A model generated the notes under the pieces. It was not told where the DNA came from. It ran no database searches and worked only from the letters and a program-made list of their open reading frames with translations. This document shows, one piece after another, positions 17,220 through 26,581 of a DNA stretch of 64,000 nt. The stretch is from an uncultured Actinomycetota bacterium (GTDB lineage: Bacteria; Actinomycetota; Thermoleophilia; RBG-16-64-13). Made by a program: the position numbers and the translations under genes. How positions within the stretch are numbered: the first letter of the stretch is position 1; each line of letters begins with the position of its first letter. The DNA is taken from contig CAWGGI010000001.1 in assembly GCA_963822135.1 (NCBI GenBank), positions 200,511-264,510 of the forward strand, written 5' to 3'.

Positions 17220-17933
17220 ATGATGGGATCGAAAGCACGGTGGGGCTGGCTCACAAAGCCGTCTCTCAGAACAGTCTTAGTGTGGCTGCTCAGCGGTCTG
17301 CTGGTCATCGTGTTGACCGCGGCCCTCGCCGGTTGCAGCGATGACGAGACGACGACCACCGAGACCGGTGCGTCCGAGGAGACCACCACCACGGCCGTCT
17401 CGGAGGAGACCACAACCACGAGCCTCGAGGAGGAGACCACCACCTCCATCGCTCCCGAGGAGACCACCACTACGAGCCTCGAGGAAGAGACCACTACCAC
17501 CACCGAGGCCCTGTCCACCGCCGAGACCCGGCTGGCCAACGGGAACATCAAGGCTATGGGCTTCATCGACGCCGTCTGGGAAGAGGGGGGTAAGCGTTAT
17601 CTCAGCATCGACTACGCCGAGATGCTGACCGGTCAGGAAGCCATCGACGCGGCCATCGAGGCCGGGATGATCCAGCCGGGAGAAGACCTTCCCAACGACT
17701 ACTTCATAAGGAACACCAATCCACAGAAGCGGGAATTCGAGATCTCGAGCCCGATCGATATCACCACGTCGACCTGGGACGGCGTCATGGAGAAGCCGGT
17801 CAACTGGGGTCAATTCTTGAGCTTCTGGAGCGACAACCCGCCGGAGGGAGCGCTGCACCTGTCCGAAGCTCCGTGGTGGATAGAGCGCGAGGGGCAGACG
17901 GTGATCAAAATCGACGAACAGTATCTGCCCTAG
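17220..17933 (+). CDS. Lipoprotein, paralog 1: signal peptide + lipobox LAGC, Thr/Glu-rich repeat linker, conserved C-terminal domain of unknown function
   Basis: LVIVLTAALAGCSDDETTTTETGASEETTTTAVSEETTTTSLEEETTT...; C-terminal domain AETRLANGNIKAMGFIDAVWEEGGKRYLSIDYAEMLTGQEAIDAAIEAG...NPQKREFEI...APWWIEREGQTVIKIDEQYLP. Confidence 0.6.
   Translation: MMGSKARWGWLTKPSLRTVLVWLLSGLLVIVLTAALAGCSDDETTTTETGASEETTTTAVSEETTTTSLEEETTTSIAPEETTTTSLEEETTTTTEALSTAETRLANGNIKAMGFIDAVWEEGGKRYLSIDYAEMLTGQEAIDAAIEAGMIQPGEDLPNDYFIRNTNPQKREFEISSPIDITTSTWDGVMEKPVNWGQFLSFWSDNPPEGALHLSEAPWWIEREGQTVIKIDEQYLP
17340..17530 (+). repeat. Coding tandem repeats of about 27-30 nt (GAGGAGACCACCACCACGAGCCTC...), encoding the E-E-T-T-T-T-S-L linker of lipoprotein 1
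   Basis: Read directly from the sequence. Similar ACC/ACG-rich repeats encode the linkers of the SBP (22770-22860) and of lipoproteins 2 and 3. Confidence 0.6.
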
Positions 17934-17976
17934 TGGCCGTCGGGCCTGACTGCCCTTGGACCCGGTCATGAGCGCT

Positions 17977-18037
17977 GGGCCCATATGTCCGCTCCGGCAG
18001 CGCTTTGCGGCGACTCCTCCCCCGGACACATGGGCCC
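17977..18037 (+). repeat. Hairpin element copy 1: 15-bp inverted-repeat stem (GGGCCCATATGTCCG / CGGACACATGGGCCC) enclosing the conserved 28-nt core CCGGCAGCGCTTTGCGGCGACTCCTCCC
   Basis: Lies 44 nt after the paralog-1 stop. The same core is identical in copy 2 and about 90% identical, inverted, in copy 3. Confidence 0.7.
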
Positions 18038-18196
18038 AGCGCATCCCCGGGCACGAGGACGACCAGGCCCGACAGTCTCTAGCGGCGGTCGACGGGTCGG
18101 TGAGGACCACGGGGTGGGTAGCCGCGCCGGCAACATAGGAGGCCACACGTCAGTGTTCTGCCGAGAAGAGGGGGCAAGATGAGACTCCGCGTTTCA

Positions 18197-18899
18197 ATGT
18201 CTCGGTCTGGATCGTATGCGGTCGTCGTGGCCGCGACGCTGCTCCTGTTTTCACTTCTGATCGCGGGCTGCAGTCTGGGGGGCGACGGTACGACCACTAC
18301 GGTCTCCTCGCCCGGTGGAGGCCCGGACTCCACCTCCACCGCTTCGACGTCCTCCGAGAGCACCGAGACAACCGCCGGGGCAGTGACGTCCACCACGGGT
18401 ATCGTCATCTCCCTGCCGAGCACGAGCAGCACCGAGGCCGAGACCACCACGACCACCGAGGCCCTGTCCAGCGCCGAGACCCGGCTGGCCAACGGCCACA
18501 TCAAGGCGATGGGCTTCATCGACAAGGTCTGGGAGAAGAACGGCAAGCGCTACATCCGCATCGACTACGCCAGCATGCTCACCGGTGACGAAGCGATCGA
18601 GGCAGCCATCGCGGATGGCGTGATCGAGCCGGGCGAGACGCTCGACAACGACTACTACATCAGCAATGTCAACCCGCAGAAGCGGGAGTTCGAGGTGTCG
18701 GATTCGGTGGCCATCACCACGTCGACCAGGTGGGTGGACGGGAGACGACATGAACGCTCCCTGCACCTGGGCCGACTTCAAGAGCTTCTGGGGTCCCGGC
18801 CCGTTCCCGGAGATGGAGGGCCATCTTCATGCCGTGCCATGGTGGATCGAGCGGGATGGGGCGGTGGTGGTGAAGATCGACGAACAGTATCTGCCCTAG
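18197..18899 (+). CDS. Lipoprotein, paralog 2 (lipobox LIAGCS), one apparent frameshift near 18735
   Basis: SYAVVVAATLLLFSLLIAGCSLGGDGTTTTVSS...AETRLANGHIKAMGFIDKVWEKNGKRYIRIDYASMLTGDEAIEAAIADG...NPQKREFEV...TTST in the ORF 18179 frame, then ...WADFKSFWGPGPFPEMEGHLHAVPWWIERDGAVVVKIDEQYLP in the ORF 18666..18899 frame. A conserved cgggtcggtgaggaccacg lies upstream, as for paralog 3. Confidence 0.55.
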
Positions 18900-18938
18900 T
18901 GGCCGCGAGGCGTCTCTTCGATACTCGGGCTGCTTGCT

Positions 18939-19011
18939 CGCGCTCAGCCCGCCTGCCTGTTCCGGCAGCGCTTTGCGGCGACTCCTCCCTCAGACAGGCG
19001 GGCTGAGCGCG
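18939..19011 (+). repeat. Hairpin element copy 2: the same 28-nt core inside a different 21-bp stem (CGCGCTCAGCCCGCCTGCCTG / CAGACAGGCGGGCTGAGCGCG)
   Basis: Lies 40 nt after the paralog-2 stop. The core is identical to copy 1, but the stem sequences are unrelated and fully complementary. Confidence 0.7.
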
Positions 19012-19070
19012 AGTGAACCGACCGCCTCACAAAGACGCCCGGCGGACACTAGTGGCGATAGGCCGGGTCG

Positions 19071-19575
19071 GTGAGGACCACGCGTCGAGCAGCGCGGCTG
19101 CCCTGCTCCGGGCCCGTATATCTGCTCCGGCTGCGCTGCTGGGGCTCCTTGCCGTTGCGCTCGTCGCGCTCCTCATACCGGGCTGCGGCACTACCACGAC
19201 TCTCACCGGGGGCACAACCACCGGGGCGACCGAACCTGTCGCAGGAGGAGGCTCAACTGGCGGGAACCTGGGAAACGCTCAGCATGGGCACGGACTGGGT
19301 GGATCATCTGACCTATGAATTCCGCCCGGACGGCACGTTCAGCTACGTCGCGAAGAAGTCCGGCACCACCACAGGCACCGAGATGTTAGCGGCCGCTTCC
19401 ATATCAAAGGTGACGGTCTCTTCCTGACCGATCTCAAGGAGACCTGGATCGGTCCGACGGGAGTACCGAGTAGCAGGATCGGGCGGCGGATGATCGCCGG
19501 GTGCTGTACGAGTTCACCGACGGAGTCCTGCTCCTGAACGGCGAAGCGTACGGCAAGAGGTACGGTTATCGCGCC
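19071..19575 (+). CDS. Lipoprotein, paralog 3 (lipobox LIPGCG, Thr-rich linker, different lipocalin-like C-terminal part), 2 or more apparent frameshifts
   Basis: MRTTRRAA.. / ..ISAPAALLGLLAVALVALLIPGCGTTTTLTGGTTTGATEPVAGGG / ..AGTWETLSMGTDWVDHLTYEFRPDGTFSYVAKKSGTTTGTEM / ..LTDLKETWIGPTG.. / VLYEFTDGVLLLNGEAYGKRYGY in alternating frames. Confidence 0.4.
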
Positions 19576-19576
19576 G

Positions 19577-19636
19577 GGCTCATGTGTCCGCTCGGGAGGA
19601 GTCTGCCGCAAAGCCTGCCGGAGCGGACACACGGGC
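19577..19636 (-). repeat. Hairpin element copy 3, inverted orientation: stem GGGCTCATGTGTCCGCTC / GAGCGGACACACGGGCC around the reverse-complemented core
   Basis: The reverse complement reads CGGCAGGCTTTGCGGCAGACTCCTCCC, the same core with two changes. The stem is homologous to copy 1. Confidence 0.65.
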
Positions 19637-19663
19637 CTGAAGCGAGTCTGACACCTTCGGAAC

Positions 19664-21588
19664 CTAGCTCCGGTTGGCCCGCTTGCGCTCTTCCGTGTCG
19701 AGGATGGCCTTGCGCACCCGGACCGACTTGGGGGTGACCTCCACCAGTTCGTCGTCGGCGATCCATTCCAGGGCCTGGTCGAGAGTCATCTTCCGGGGCA
19801 CCTTGAGGCCGACGTCGATCTCCTTGGTCTCGGACCGGTAGTTGCCCAGCTTCTTGGTCTTGGTGGGGTTGCAGGCCAGGTCTCCGGAGCGGGAGTGCTC
19901 GCCCACGATCATGCCCGCATAGACCGAGTCCATGGGCGAGACGAACAGGGTGCCGCGTGCCTGCAGGTTCTCCAGCGAGTAGCCGGTGGCGGGCCCGTTC
20001 TCCATGCTGACCAGCGAGCCCCGCTCGCGGTGAGCGACGTCGCCGCGCCAGGGTTCGTAGCCCACGAAGCGGGAGGACATGATGCCCAGCCCGCGGGTGT
20101 CGGTGAGAAAGTCGCCGCGGTAGCCGATGAGCCCGCGGGTGGGGATGCTCATCTCCATCCGCGCCACCCCGGTGCCGGCGTTGTGCATGGCGGTGAGTCT
20201 CTCCCTTGCGCTGGGCCAGCTTCTCGATGACGATGCCCTGGATACTCGTCGGGCACGTCGATGGTGAGCTGCTCCATGGGCTCGAGCAGGCGTCCGTCGC
20301 TCGTCTGTGTGGGTGATGACCTCTGGGCGCGACACGCAGAGCTCCATGCCTTCGCGGCGCATCTCCTCGATGAGGATGCCCAGATGGAGCTCCCCGCGGC
20401 CCGAGACCTTGACCCCGTCGGGGCGGCCCAGGTCCTCCACCCGCAGGGCCACGTTGACCCGCAGCTCGCGCTCCAGCCGGTCCTTGATCTGGCGCAGCGT
20501 GACCGCCTGGCCATCTCGGCCGGCGAAGGGGCCGTTGTTGACCAAGAAGAACATGGAGACGGTCGGCTCCTCGATCTCCAGGGGCGGGAGGGCCGGGTCG
20601 GCCAGGTCGGGGGCGGACAGGGTGTCGCCGATGGTGATGTCCGTCGGGCCGTTGATCCAGACGATGTCGCCGGCGTGGACCTCGTCCACCTCTTCGCGCT
20701 CCAGGCCGCGCGTGACCCACAGGTGGGCGCTGCGGGTCGTCTCGGTGCCGGTGACCTGCCAGTCGCCGCCTTCGCGGTCGCGGTCCCTCTCGAGGCTGTT
20801 CCATGTCGGTGGAGGTGCGGACCAGTTCGTCGCCCCGGCGGTGGGTGCCCTCGAGCACCCGCCCGCAGCCGATGCGGCCCAGGTAGTCGCTCCAGGCCAG
20901 CGTGGAGATCTGCATGCGGAAGGGGGCGTCCAGCTCGGGCCCGCGGCGGCGGGACCTCCTTCACGATGGTCTCGAAGAGGGCGTCCATGCCCTCGTGCGG
21001 GTCGGTCTCGGGGTCGTGGACGATCCAGCCCTCCAGCGCCGAGCCGTAGACCACGGGGAAGTCGGCCTGCTCGTCGGTGGCGCCCAGTTCGAGGAAGAGG
21101 TCGAAGGTCTTGTCGAGCGCTCCATGCGGATCGGCGTTGGGGCGGTCGACCTTGTTGACGACCACGATGGGGCGCAGACCCAGGCGCAGCGCCCGCATGA
21201 GCACGTAGCGGGTCTGCGGCATGGGGCCCTCGTTGGCGTCCACCAGCAGCAGGACCGAGTCGACCATGGAGAGCACCCGCTCCACTTCGCCGGAGAAGTC
21301 GGCGTGGCCGGGCGTGTCGACGATGTTGATGAGGTAGCCGCCCCACTCCACCGTGCAGTGCTTGGACCGGATGGTGATGCCGCGCTCGCGCTCCAGGTCG
21401 TTGCTGTCCATGACCCGCTCTTCGACGCGCTGGTTCTCGCGGAAGACCCGGGCGGCCCGGAAGATGGAGTCGATCAGCGTGGTCTTGCCGTGATCGATGT
21501 GGGCGATGATGGCGACGTTGCGGATCTTGTCCGCGGCGGCAGCGCCAGCGTCGGCGATGGTGGTATCGGCGGCACGGCCGAGCGACAT
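19664..21588 (-). CDS. typA: Translational GTPase TypA/BipA, 3 or more apparent frameshifts between about 20780 and 21000
   Basis: N-terminus (ORF 20149..21588): [19 protein letters not shown]...[17 protein letters not shown]...NKVDR. Middle (frame of ORF 19566..20915): [27 protein letters not shown]-terminus (ORF 19664..21643): [30 protein letters not shown]...[39 protein letters not shown]. Confidence 0.8.
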
Positions 21589-21831
21589 GGAACGGACTCC
21601 TCGGTGGATCTGGCAGGACCATCAGCCCCGGGTACCAGGGCACCCCGGAGGGGGCAGGGGATTATAGCGGTTTGAGGGCGTGGCGGTAGTCCCCGCTGCG
21701 GGCGTCGAAGCTCGGCGTCGGCCCGTGTCGTCGTCAATGTTCCCGCGTCGTCATGCCCTTGCGTCACCGGCCGCGCACGGTGGTATTAATAAAACGGCGT
21801 TCTGATTAGGGTACCCACCGGGGCGAGGGGA

Positions 21832-22503
21832 ATGAGCGGGTCGCACCAGACCTACAAGCCGCCAAGGCAGCTGCGCAGTCGCGAATCCCTCGAGCGCATC
21901 CTCGATGCCGCGGAGTCGCTCATCCGCGAGCGAGGGTTCGAGAGCACGACCATCGCCGAGGTCGTGCAGCGTTCCGGCTCCTCCGTCGGCAGTCTCTACG
22001 GGCGCTTCGACAACAAGCTCGGGCTCCTGAGGGCCGTCCAGCTGCGCTACCACGCGCGCGTGCAGAACGCCATTTTTGCTGCATTCAGCGGTGATCACCC
22101 TCGTGCCGAATCCCTCGAGGAGGCGGTCGCCCGTATCGTGAGCGTGCTTTCCCGGCACGTTCTGAGCGAGCCCGAATTGTTCCGAGCTTTCGTCCTACAG
22201 GCCGTGTTCGACCCGGGAGTACGGGCCCAGGGGGAGCGAACCAACGCCGAGCGCCGGAACAAGGTGGTCGAGGTCCTGCTCACTCATCGCGCCGAGATCG
22301 GCCATCCCAACCCGGAACAAGCGGCCCGCTGGTGCTATTCGGCGTGCATGGCTCTGCTGAGAGAGCGGATCACGTTCGGGGAGAAGGCGGAGCTCTCCGG
22401 AGGGTTCTCGGACGAGACGCTGGTCGCGGAAATGACCTGCATGGTTAGCAACTATCTCACCAATGACAGACCATCTGTGGTTGTCTCAACAAATTTAGAA
22501 TGA
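21832..22503 (+). CDS. TetR/AcrR family transcriptional regulator
   Basis: RESLERILDAAESLIRERGFESTTIAEVVQRSGSSVGSLYGRFDNKLGLL (TetR HTH). Confidence 0.8.
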   Translation: MSGSHQTYKPPRQLRSRESLERILDAAESLIRERGFESTTIAEVVQRSGSSVGSLYGRFDNKLGLLRAVQLRYHARVQNAIFAAFSGDHPRAESLEEAVARIVSVLSRHVLSEPELFRAFVLQAVFDPGVRAQGERTNAERRNKVVEVLLTHRAEIGHPNPEQAARWCYSACMALLRERITFGEKAELSGGFSDETLVAEMTCMVSNYLTNDRPSVVVSTNLE

Positions 22504-22553
22504 TATTTTGATTCAAGCACTCAGGGAGGTGATAGGAAGCAAAAAACGGGCAG

Positions 22554-22581
22554 GTGTACTTCGACAAGGTGTACATCGACA
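22554..22581 (+). promoter_or_regulatory. Tandem 13-bp direct repeat GTGTACTTCGACA-ag-GTGTACATCGACA (each with palindromic TGTAC) in the AT-rich TetR/SBP intergenic region
   Basis: The 114-bp intergenic region 22504-22617 is about 45% GC. The repeats sit about 40 nt upstream of the solute-binding-protein start. Confidence 0.4.
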
Positions 22582-22617
22582 GGTAAAGGCATTTCTAGCG
22601 AGAGGGGTAGATCGAAC

Positions 22618-24069
22618 ATGTCAGAACTCGAGAAGAAGGACGAACAGGCCCGGGTCGTAAGCCGCCGGGAGTTCCTCAAGATCGCCGGCGTCGCCGGTGC
22701 TTCCATAGGCGTAGCCGGCGGCCTCGGTGGCGTGCTCGCCGCGTGCGGCGAGGCCGAAGAGACCACCACGACCGCGGCCGCCGCCACGACGACCACGGCG
22801 GGTGCCACCACCACGACCGCCGCCGCTGCGACCACAACCACAGCGGCCGGCGTAGAGACGGGCCGCGAGATCAAGATCGGCGCCGTGTCCCCCATCACCG
22901 GGGCGCTCGCTTCGTTCGGGGGACCGGACAAGTGGATCGTCAGCTACGTCGAGAAAGCGATCGGTGAGGGCGTGGTGTGCGGCGACGGTAAGATGCACCC
23001 GGTCAGCATCATCCAACTCGACAGCCAGTCCAGCCCCAACCGGGTAGCGGAGGTCACTCAGGACCTGATCTTCAACGAGAAGGTCGACATGATGGTGGCC
23101 TCGTCGAGCCCCGATACCGTCAACCCGGCCGCCGACCAGTGCGAGGCGAATGGAATACCGTTCCTGGCCAACTTCGTGCCGTGGCAGCCGTTCTTCTTCG
23201 GCCGCGGCGCCACCCCCGACACGCCCTTCACTTGGACCTGGATGTATCACTTCGGCGTGGAAGACGCCGGCCAATGCCGCCTCGGCATGTGGGACCAGAT
23301 CGAGACCAACAAGACCGTGGGGTACCTGTTCCCCAACGACGCGGACGGCCAGGCTTGGTTCGGATCCCGCGAAAGGCCTGGAGCCCATCCTGGTCAAGGG
23401 CGGCTATACCACCGGTGCCAAGCCGGAGATGTACCAGCCCCCGTCGGAGGACTTCACCTCCCAGATCTCCGACTTCAAGAAGGCCGGCTGCGAAGTCTGC
23501 ACCGGCGTCCAGACCCCGCCTGATTTCACCACCTTTATTCAGCAGTGCGCTCAGCAGGGGTATCAGCCGAAGATCATGACCATCAGCAAAGCTTCGCTCT
23601 TCCATCAGAGTATGGAAGCCATCGGCGACCTCAGCATCGGGATGTCCGATCACATGGTCTGGCATCCCAAGTTCCCGTATAAGAGCTATCTGACCGGCCA
23701 GACCTGCGAGGAGTATGCGAACTCCTACACCGAAGAGACCGGCAAGCAGTGGACCCAGCCGCTCGGCCAGCTCGGCAAGTACGAGTGGGCGGTCGACGTG
23801 CTCAAGCGGGTCACCGATGTCGACAACAAAGTCATGTACGTCGACATGATCAGGACCACCAAATTCGACGGCATCAACGGCCCGGTCGACTTCAATCTCC
23901 CGTCACCCGGCCCGACCGCCCGGTGCCGAACGTCTACAAGATCAAGATCGCCGGTGGCCAGTGGGCCAAGTCCGAGGATCCCAGATTCAAGTACGACATC
24001 TACATCGCCTTCGGGCAGGATCCGAACATGCCCATCCAGAAGAAGTTCGAAGCCATCACGTACGCCTAG
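22618..24069 (+). CDS. ABC transporter substrate-binding lipoprotein (PBP1 / LivK-like family) with Tat signal and a Thr/Ala-rich linker; 2 apparent frameshifts (about 23370 and 23900)
   Basis: SRREFLKIAGVAG (Tat RR motif) ...VLAACGE (lipobox) + TTTTAAAATTTTAGATTTTAAAATTTTAAG linker + EIKIGAVSPITGALASFGG... (ORF 22618..23523). Continues as ...PEMYQPPSEDFTSQISDFKKAGCEVC... (ORF 23150..24118) and ...NVYKIKIAGGQWAKSEDPRFKYDIYIAFGQDP (ORF 23749..24069). Confidence 0.7.
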
Positions 24070-24172
24070 TGGCCTAGATACCACTCGACGCAGAGCGCTC
24101 CTGGAGCAAGGCTCCTGAGCGACAACAAGGACTGACTTTGGCGGGGGCAGCCGGGTACGGCTGCCCCCGCCC

Positions 24173-25186
24173 GTGAAGGAGTTGTGCGTGAAGACGATCG
24201 ACCTAGAGAACCACTTCATCACCCCCGCCTGGCTGGAGGCCCTACGCAACAACAAGGGCTACCCGACCGTGGATCCCCAGCGCGGTCTCGGTTTCGCCGA
24301 GGATGCCTGGATGCCTCTCGCGGTGGAGCCCAAGCTTGCCGATCTGGCCGACTACCGGCTCGGTCTCATGGACGAAGCCGGAGTCGACTACGCCGTTCTG
24401 TCGGTCACCTCGCCCGGCGCCGAGCAGTTCCCCATCGAGGTGGGCAAGAGCGTGGCCAGGGATGCGAACGACTTTCTTGCCGGGGTGATGAAGAAGTACC
24501 CCGACCGGTTCGGCGGCTTCGCTTCTCTCGCGCCCAAAGACGCCGAATGGTCGGCGGCCGAGCTGGAGCGGTGCGTCAAGGAGCTGGGCTTCTCCGGATG
24601 GAACACCCATTCCAATTTCGGCGATTCCTACCTCGACGACGAGCGCTACCGGCCCATCCTGGCCAAGGCCCAGGAGCTGGACATTCCCATCTACCTGCAT
24701 CCGGCAGTGCCCATGATCAAGGAACTGCGCGAGTTCGGCATGGTGCTGAGCGGCCCCACCCTGGGGTTCGGGACCGACGTCACCTACTGTTTCATGCGCA
24801 TGATCGTGCGGGGCGTGTTCGATGAGCTCCCCGACCTCAAGATCATCATGGGCCATCTGGGCGAGGCTCTGCCCTTCCTTCTCGACCGGGTCGACCGGGC
24901 CTGGATGCAGAACCACTGCACGCCCAACGCCGAGATAGGTGACGGCTGCCAGCTGCCGGCCAGCTACTACCTCAAGAGACATCTGTGGGTGACCACGAGC
25001 GGCAACTACCTGCCGGCCGCTCTGTACTGCACCCGCGACAGCATCGGCATGGACCGGATCCTTCTGGGGACCGACTTCCCCTACGAGAACATGAAGGACT
25101 GCATGGACTACCTGCGCAGTGTCCCGCTGACCGATGACGAGGCGTATGCGCTCTTCGAGGGCAACGCCCGCGCCCTCGGTTTCTGA
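24173..25186 (+). CDS. Amidohydrolase_2 (ACMSD/non-oxidative decarboxylase) family protein, intact paralog
   Basis: 337 aa; ELGFSGWNTHSNFGDSYLDDERYRPILAKAQELDIPIYLHP...IIMGHLGEALPFLLDRVDRA...GTDFPYE; about 50% identical to the 15231..16254 gene. Confidence 0.8.
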   Translation: MKELCVKTIDLENHFITPAWLEALRNNKGYPTVDPQRGLGFAEDAWMPLAVEPKLADLADYRLGLMDEAGVDYAVLSVTSPGAEQFPIEVGKSVARDANDFLAGVMKKYPDRFGGFASLAPKDAEWSAAELERCVKELGFSGWNTHSNFGDSYLDDERYRPILAKAQELDIPIYLHPAVPMIKELREFGMVLSGPTLGFGTDVTYCFMRMIVRGVFDELPDLKIIMGHLGEALPFLLDRVDRAWMQNHCTPNAEIGDGCQLPASYYLKRHLWVTTSGNYLPAALYCTRDSIGMDRILLGTDFPYENMKDCMDYLRSVPLTDDEAYALFEGNARALGF

Positions 25187-25297
25187 TCTTCTCGACGCCT
25201 GAGAGGGCGGTGCGGAAGGGCCCGGAACCCTCCACACCGCCCTCCGGCTCTGTCGCCTCGTCAGGTCGCCGCTTCGCCGGTCCAGCGCCTCGTCAGG

Positions 25298-26443
25298 CTA
25301 CGACCCCGCGAGGTAGGCGTCGACCGCTTCAAGCCCGGCCTCGAAGTCGTCTCTGCCCAACCCCAGCCGGAAGTGGGCGTCGTCATAGCTGTAGACCGTG
25401 GAAGGCAGCAGAAGAGCCCCGGTCTGCTCCAGCAGACGGGCGCAGAACGCCTCCGCGCTTGAGGCGGCGGCTCGAGCCTCGCCACCCGGTAGGGCCTGGG
25501 GAGTCAGCCCGGGAAAGCAGACCGTCCCGGCTTGAGGAGGAACCCAGGCGAACCGTTCCGCGTGGCGGGCGAAGAACTGTCCGGCCGCCCGCACGTTCCG
25601 CTCGACGCGGTCCAGGTTGGCGCTGAGGATGGCCTCCCGAGAGCGCAACGCCATCAGCGCGAGGAGCTCGCTGGGTGCGCTGCTGCAGATGGTGGTGTAG
25701 TCCTTGAGGCTCTGCATGCGCTGAAGCAGGGCCCCGTCGTGGGTCGTCACCCAGCCGATACGCAATCCGGCCAGACCGAAGGCCTTCGACATCCCGGCCA
25801 GCGATATGCCCCGCTCGTAGAGGTCCACCGCCGGCGGCAGCCGCAGCTCGGGCCGCGGCTCGAGCAGCCGGTACATCTCGTCGGAGAACACCCACGCTCC
25901 CACGCGCGCGACCGCCGCGACCATCCGGGAGTAGTCGGCGGCCGAAGGCAGCGCTCCCGTCGGGTTGTGGGGGAAGTTCCACACCACAAGCTTGGTGTCG
26001 GGACGGATCATCGTCTCCAGATCCCCGGGATCGAAGCGCCAGCCCTCCTCTTCGCGCACGCGCCACAGCTCCACCTCGCACCCGATAGCGCGGGCCAACT
26101 CGTAAAGGGACTGGTATCCGGGGAACGTGCAGACGACATGGTCGCCCGGAGCCAGCAGAGCGTGCATGGTCAAGAAGACGGCCTCCTCGGGCGCGGCCAC
26201 CAGCACCTCCGCGGCATCGACCGTACCGTAGAGGCCCGCGATCTCTTCGCGCAGTTCGGGAAGGCCCTGAGACTCGGTGTAGCCGAGGCGGAGGTCGTCC
26301 CAACGCGCTCGAAGATCGTCGTCGGCTCCGGCGACCAGCTGCGCCATGGACGGTCCCTGACAGTCCGAAGCCGAAAGCAGGTAGCGGGCCGAGAACTCGT
26401 GCCGAGCGAAGAAGCGCTCCAATAGGAACGGGGACGGGTACAC
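25298..26443 (-). CDS. PLP-dependent aminotransferase (class I/II)
   Basis: VYPSPFLLERFFARHEFSARYLLSASD... GTVDAAEVLV...NFPHNPTGA...SLAGMSKAFGLAGLRIGW. Probable GTG start with GGAGGTG RBS; the ORF-track start at 26569 is a spurious upstream extension. Confidence 0.8.
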   Translation of the reverse strand: MYPSPFLLERFFARHEFSARYLLSASDCQGPSMAQLVAGADDDLRARWDDLRLGYTESQGLPELREEIAGLYGTVDAAEVLVAAPEEAVFLTMHALLAPGDHVVCTFPGYQSLYELARAIGCEVELWRVREEEGWRFDPGDLETMIRPDTKLVVWNFPHNPTGALPSAADYSRMVAAVARVGAWVFSDEMYRLLEPRPELRLPPAVDLYERGISLAGMSKAFGLAGLRIGWVTTHDGALLQRMQSLKDYTTICSSAPSELLALMALRSREAILSANLDRVERNVRAAGQFFARHAERFAWVPPQAGTVCFPGLTPQALPGGEARAAASSAEAFCARLLEQTGALLLPSTVYSYDDAHFRLGLGRDDFEAGLEAVDAYLAGS

Positions 26444-26581
26444 GGCGCTCGCACCTCCATGACTCGGTGGACGGTGGACGGGTGGCTTCGCACATGCGCG
26501 GCCGGACTGCCCGCCGCCGCGCGGCTCGCAGCCGCGGGTCGGTTGACGCCCGGCGCGCCCCAGGTCCATGATTGTACCCCT

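Noticed and set aside
17060-18546. Poly-Val/Ser-rich ORFs (17060..17566 and 18079..18546, minus strand)
   Set aside because: They are the reverse-complement reading of the ACC/ACG (Thr) repeat DNA of the lipoprotein genes, not genes.
17977-19636. Hairpin elements as integron attC sites
   Set aside because: There are no R'' / R' GTTRRRY core sites, no intI nearby, and the conserved part is the loop, not the ends.
17340-22860. Possible CRISPR array among the short tandem repeats
   Set aside because: The repeats are in-frame Thr/Ala codon repeats inside protein-coding linkers, with no unique spacers and no cas genes.
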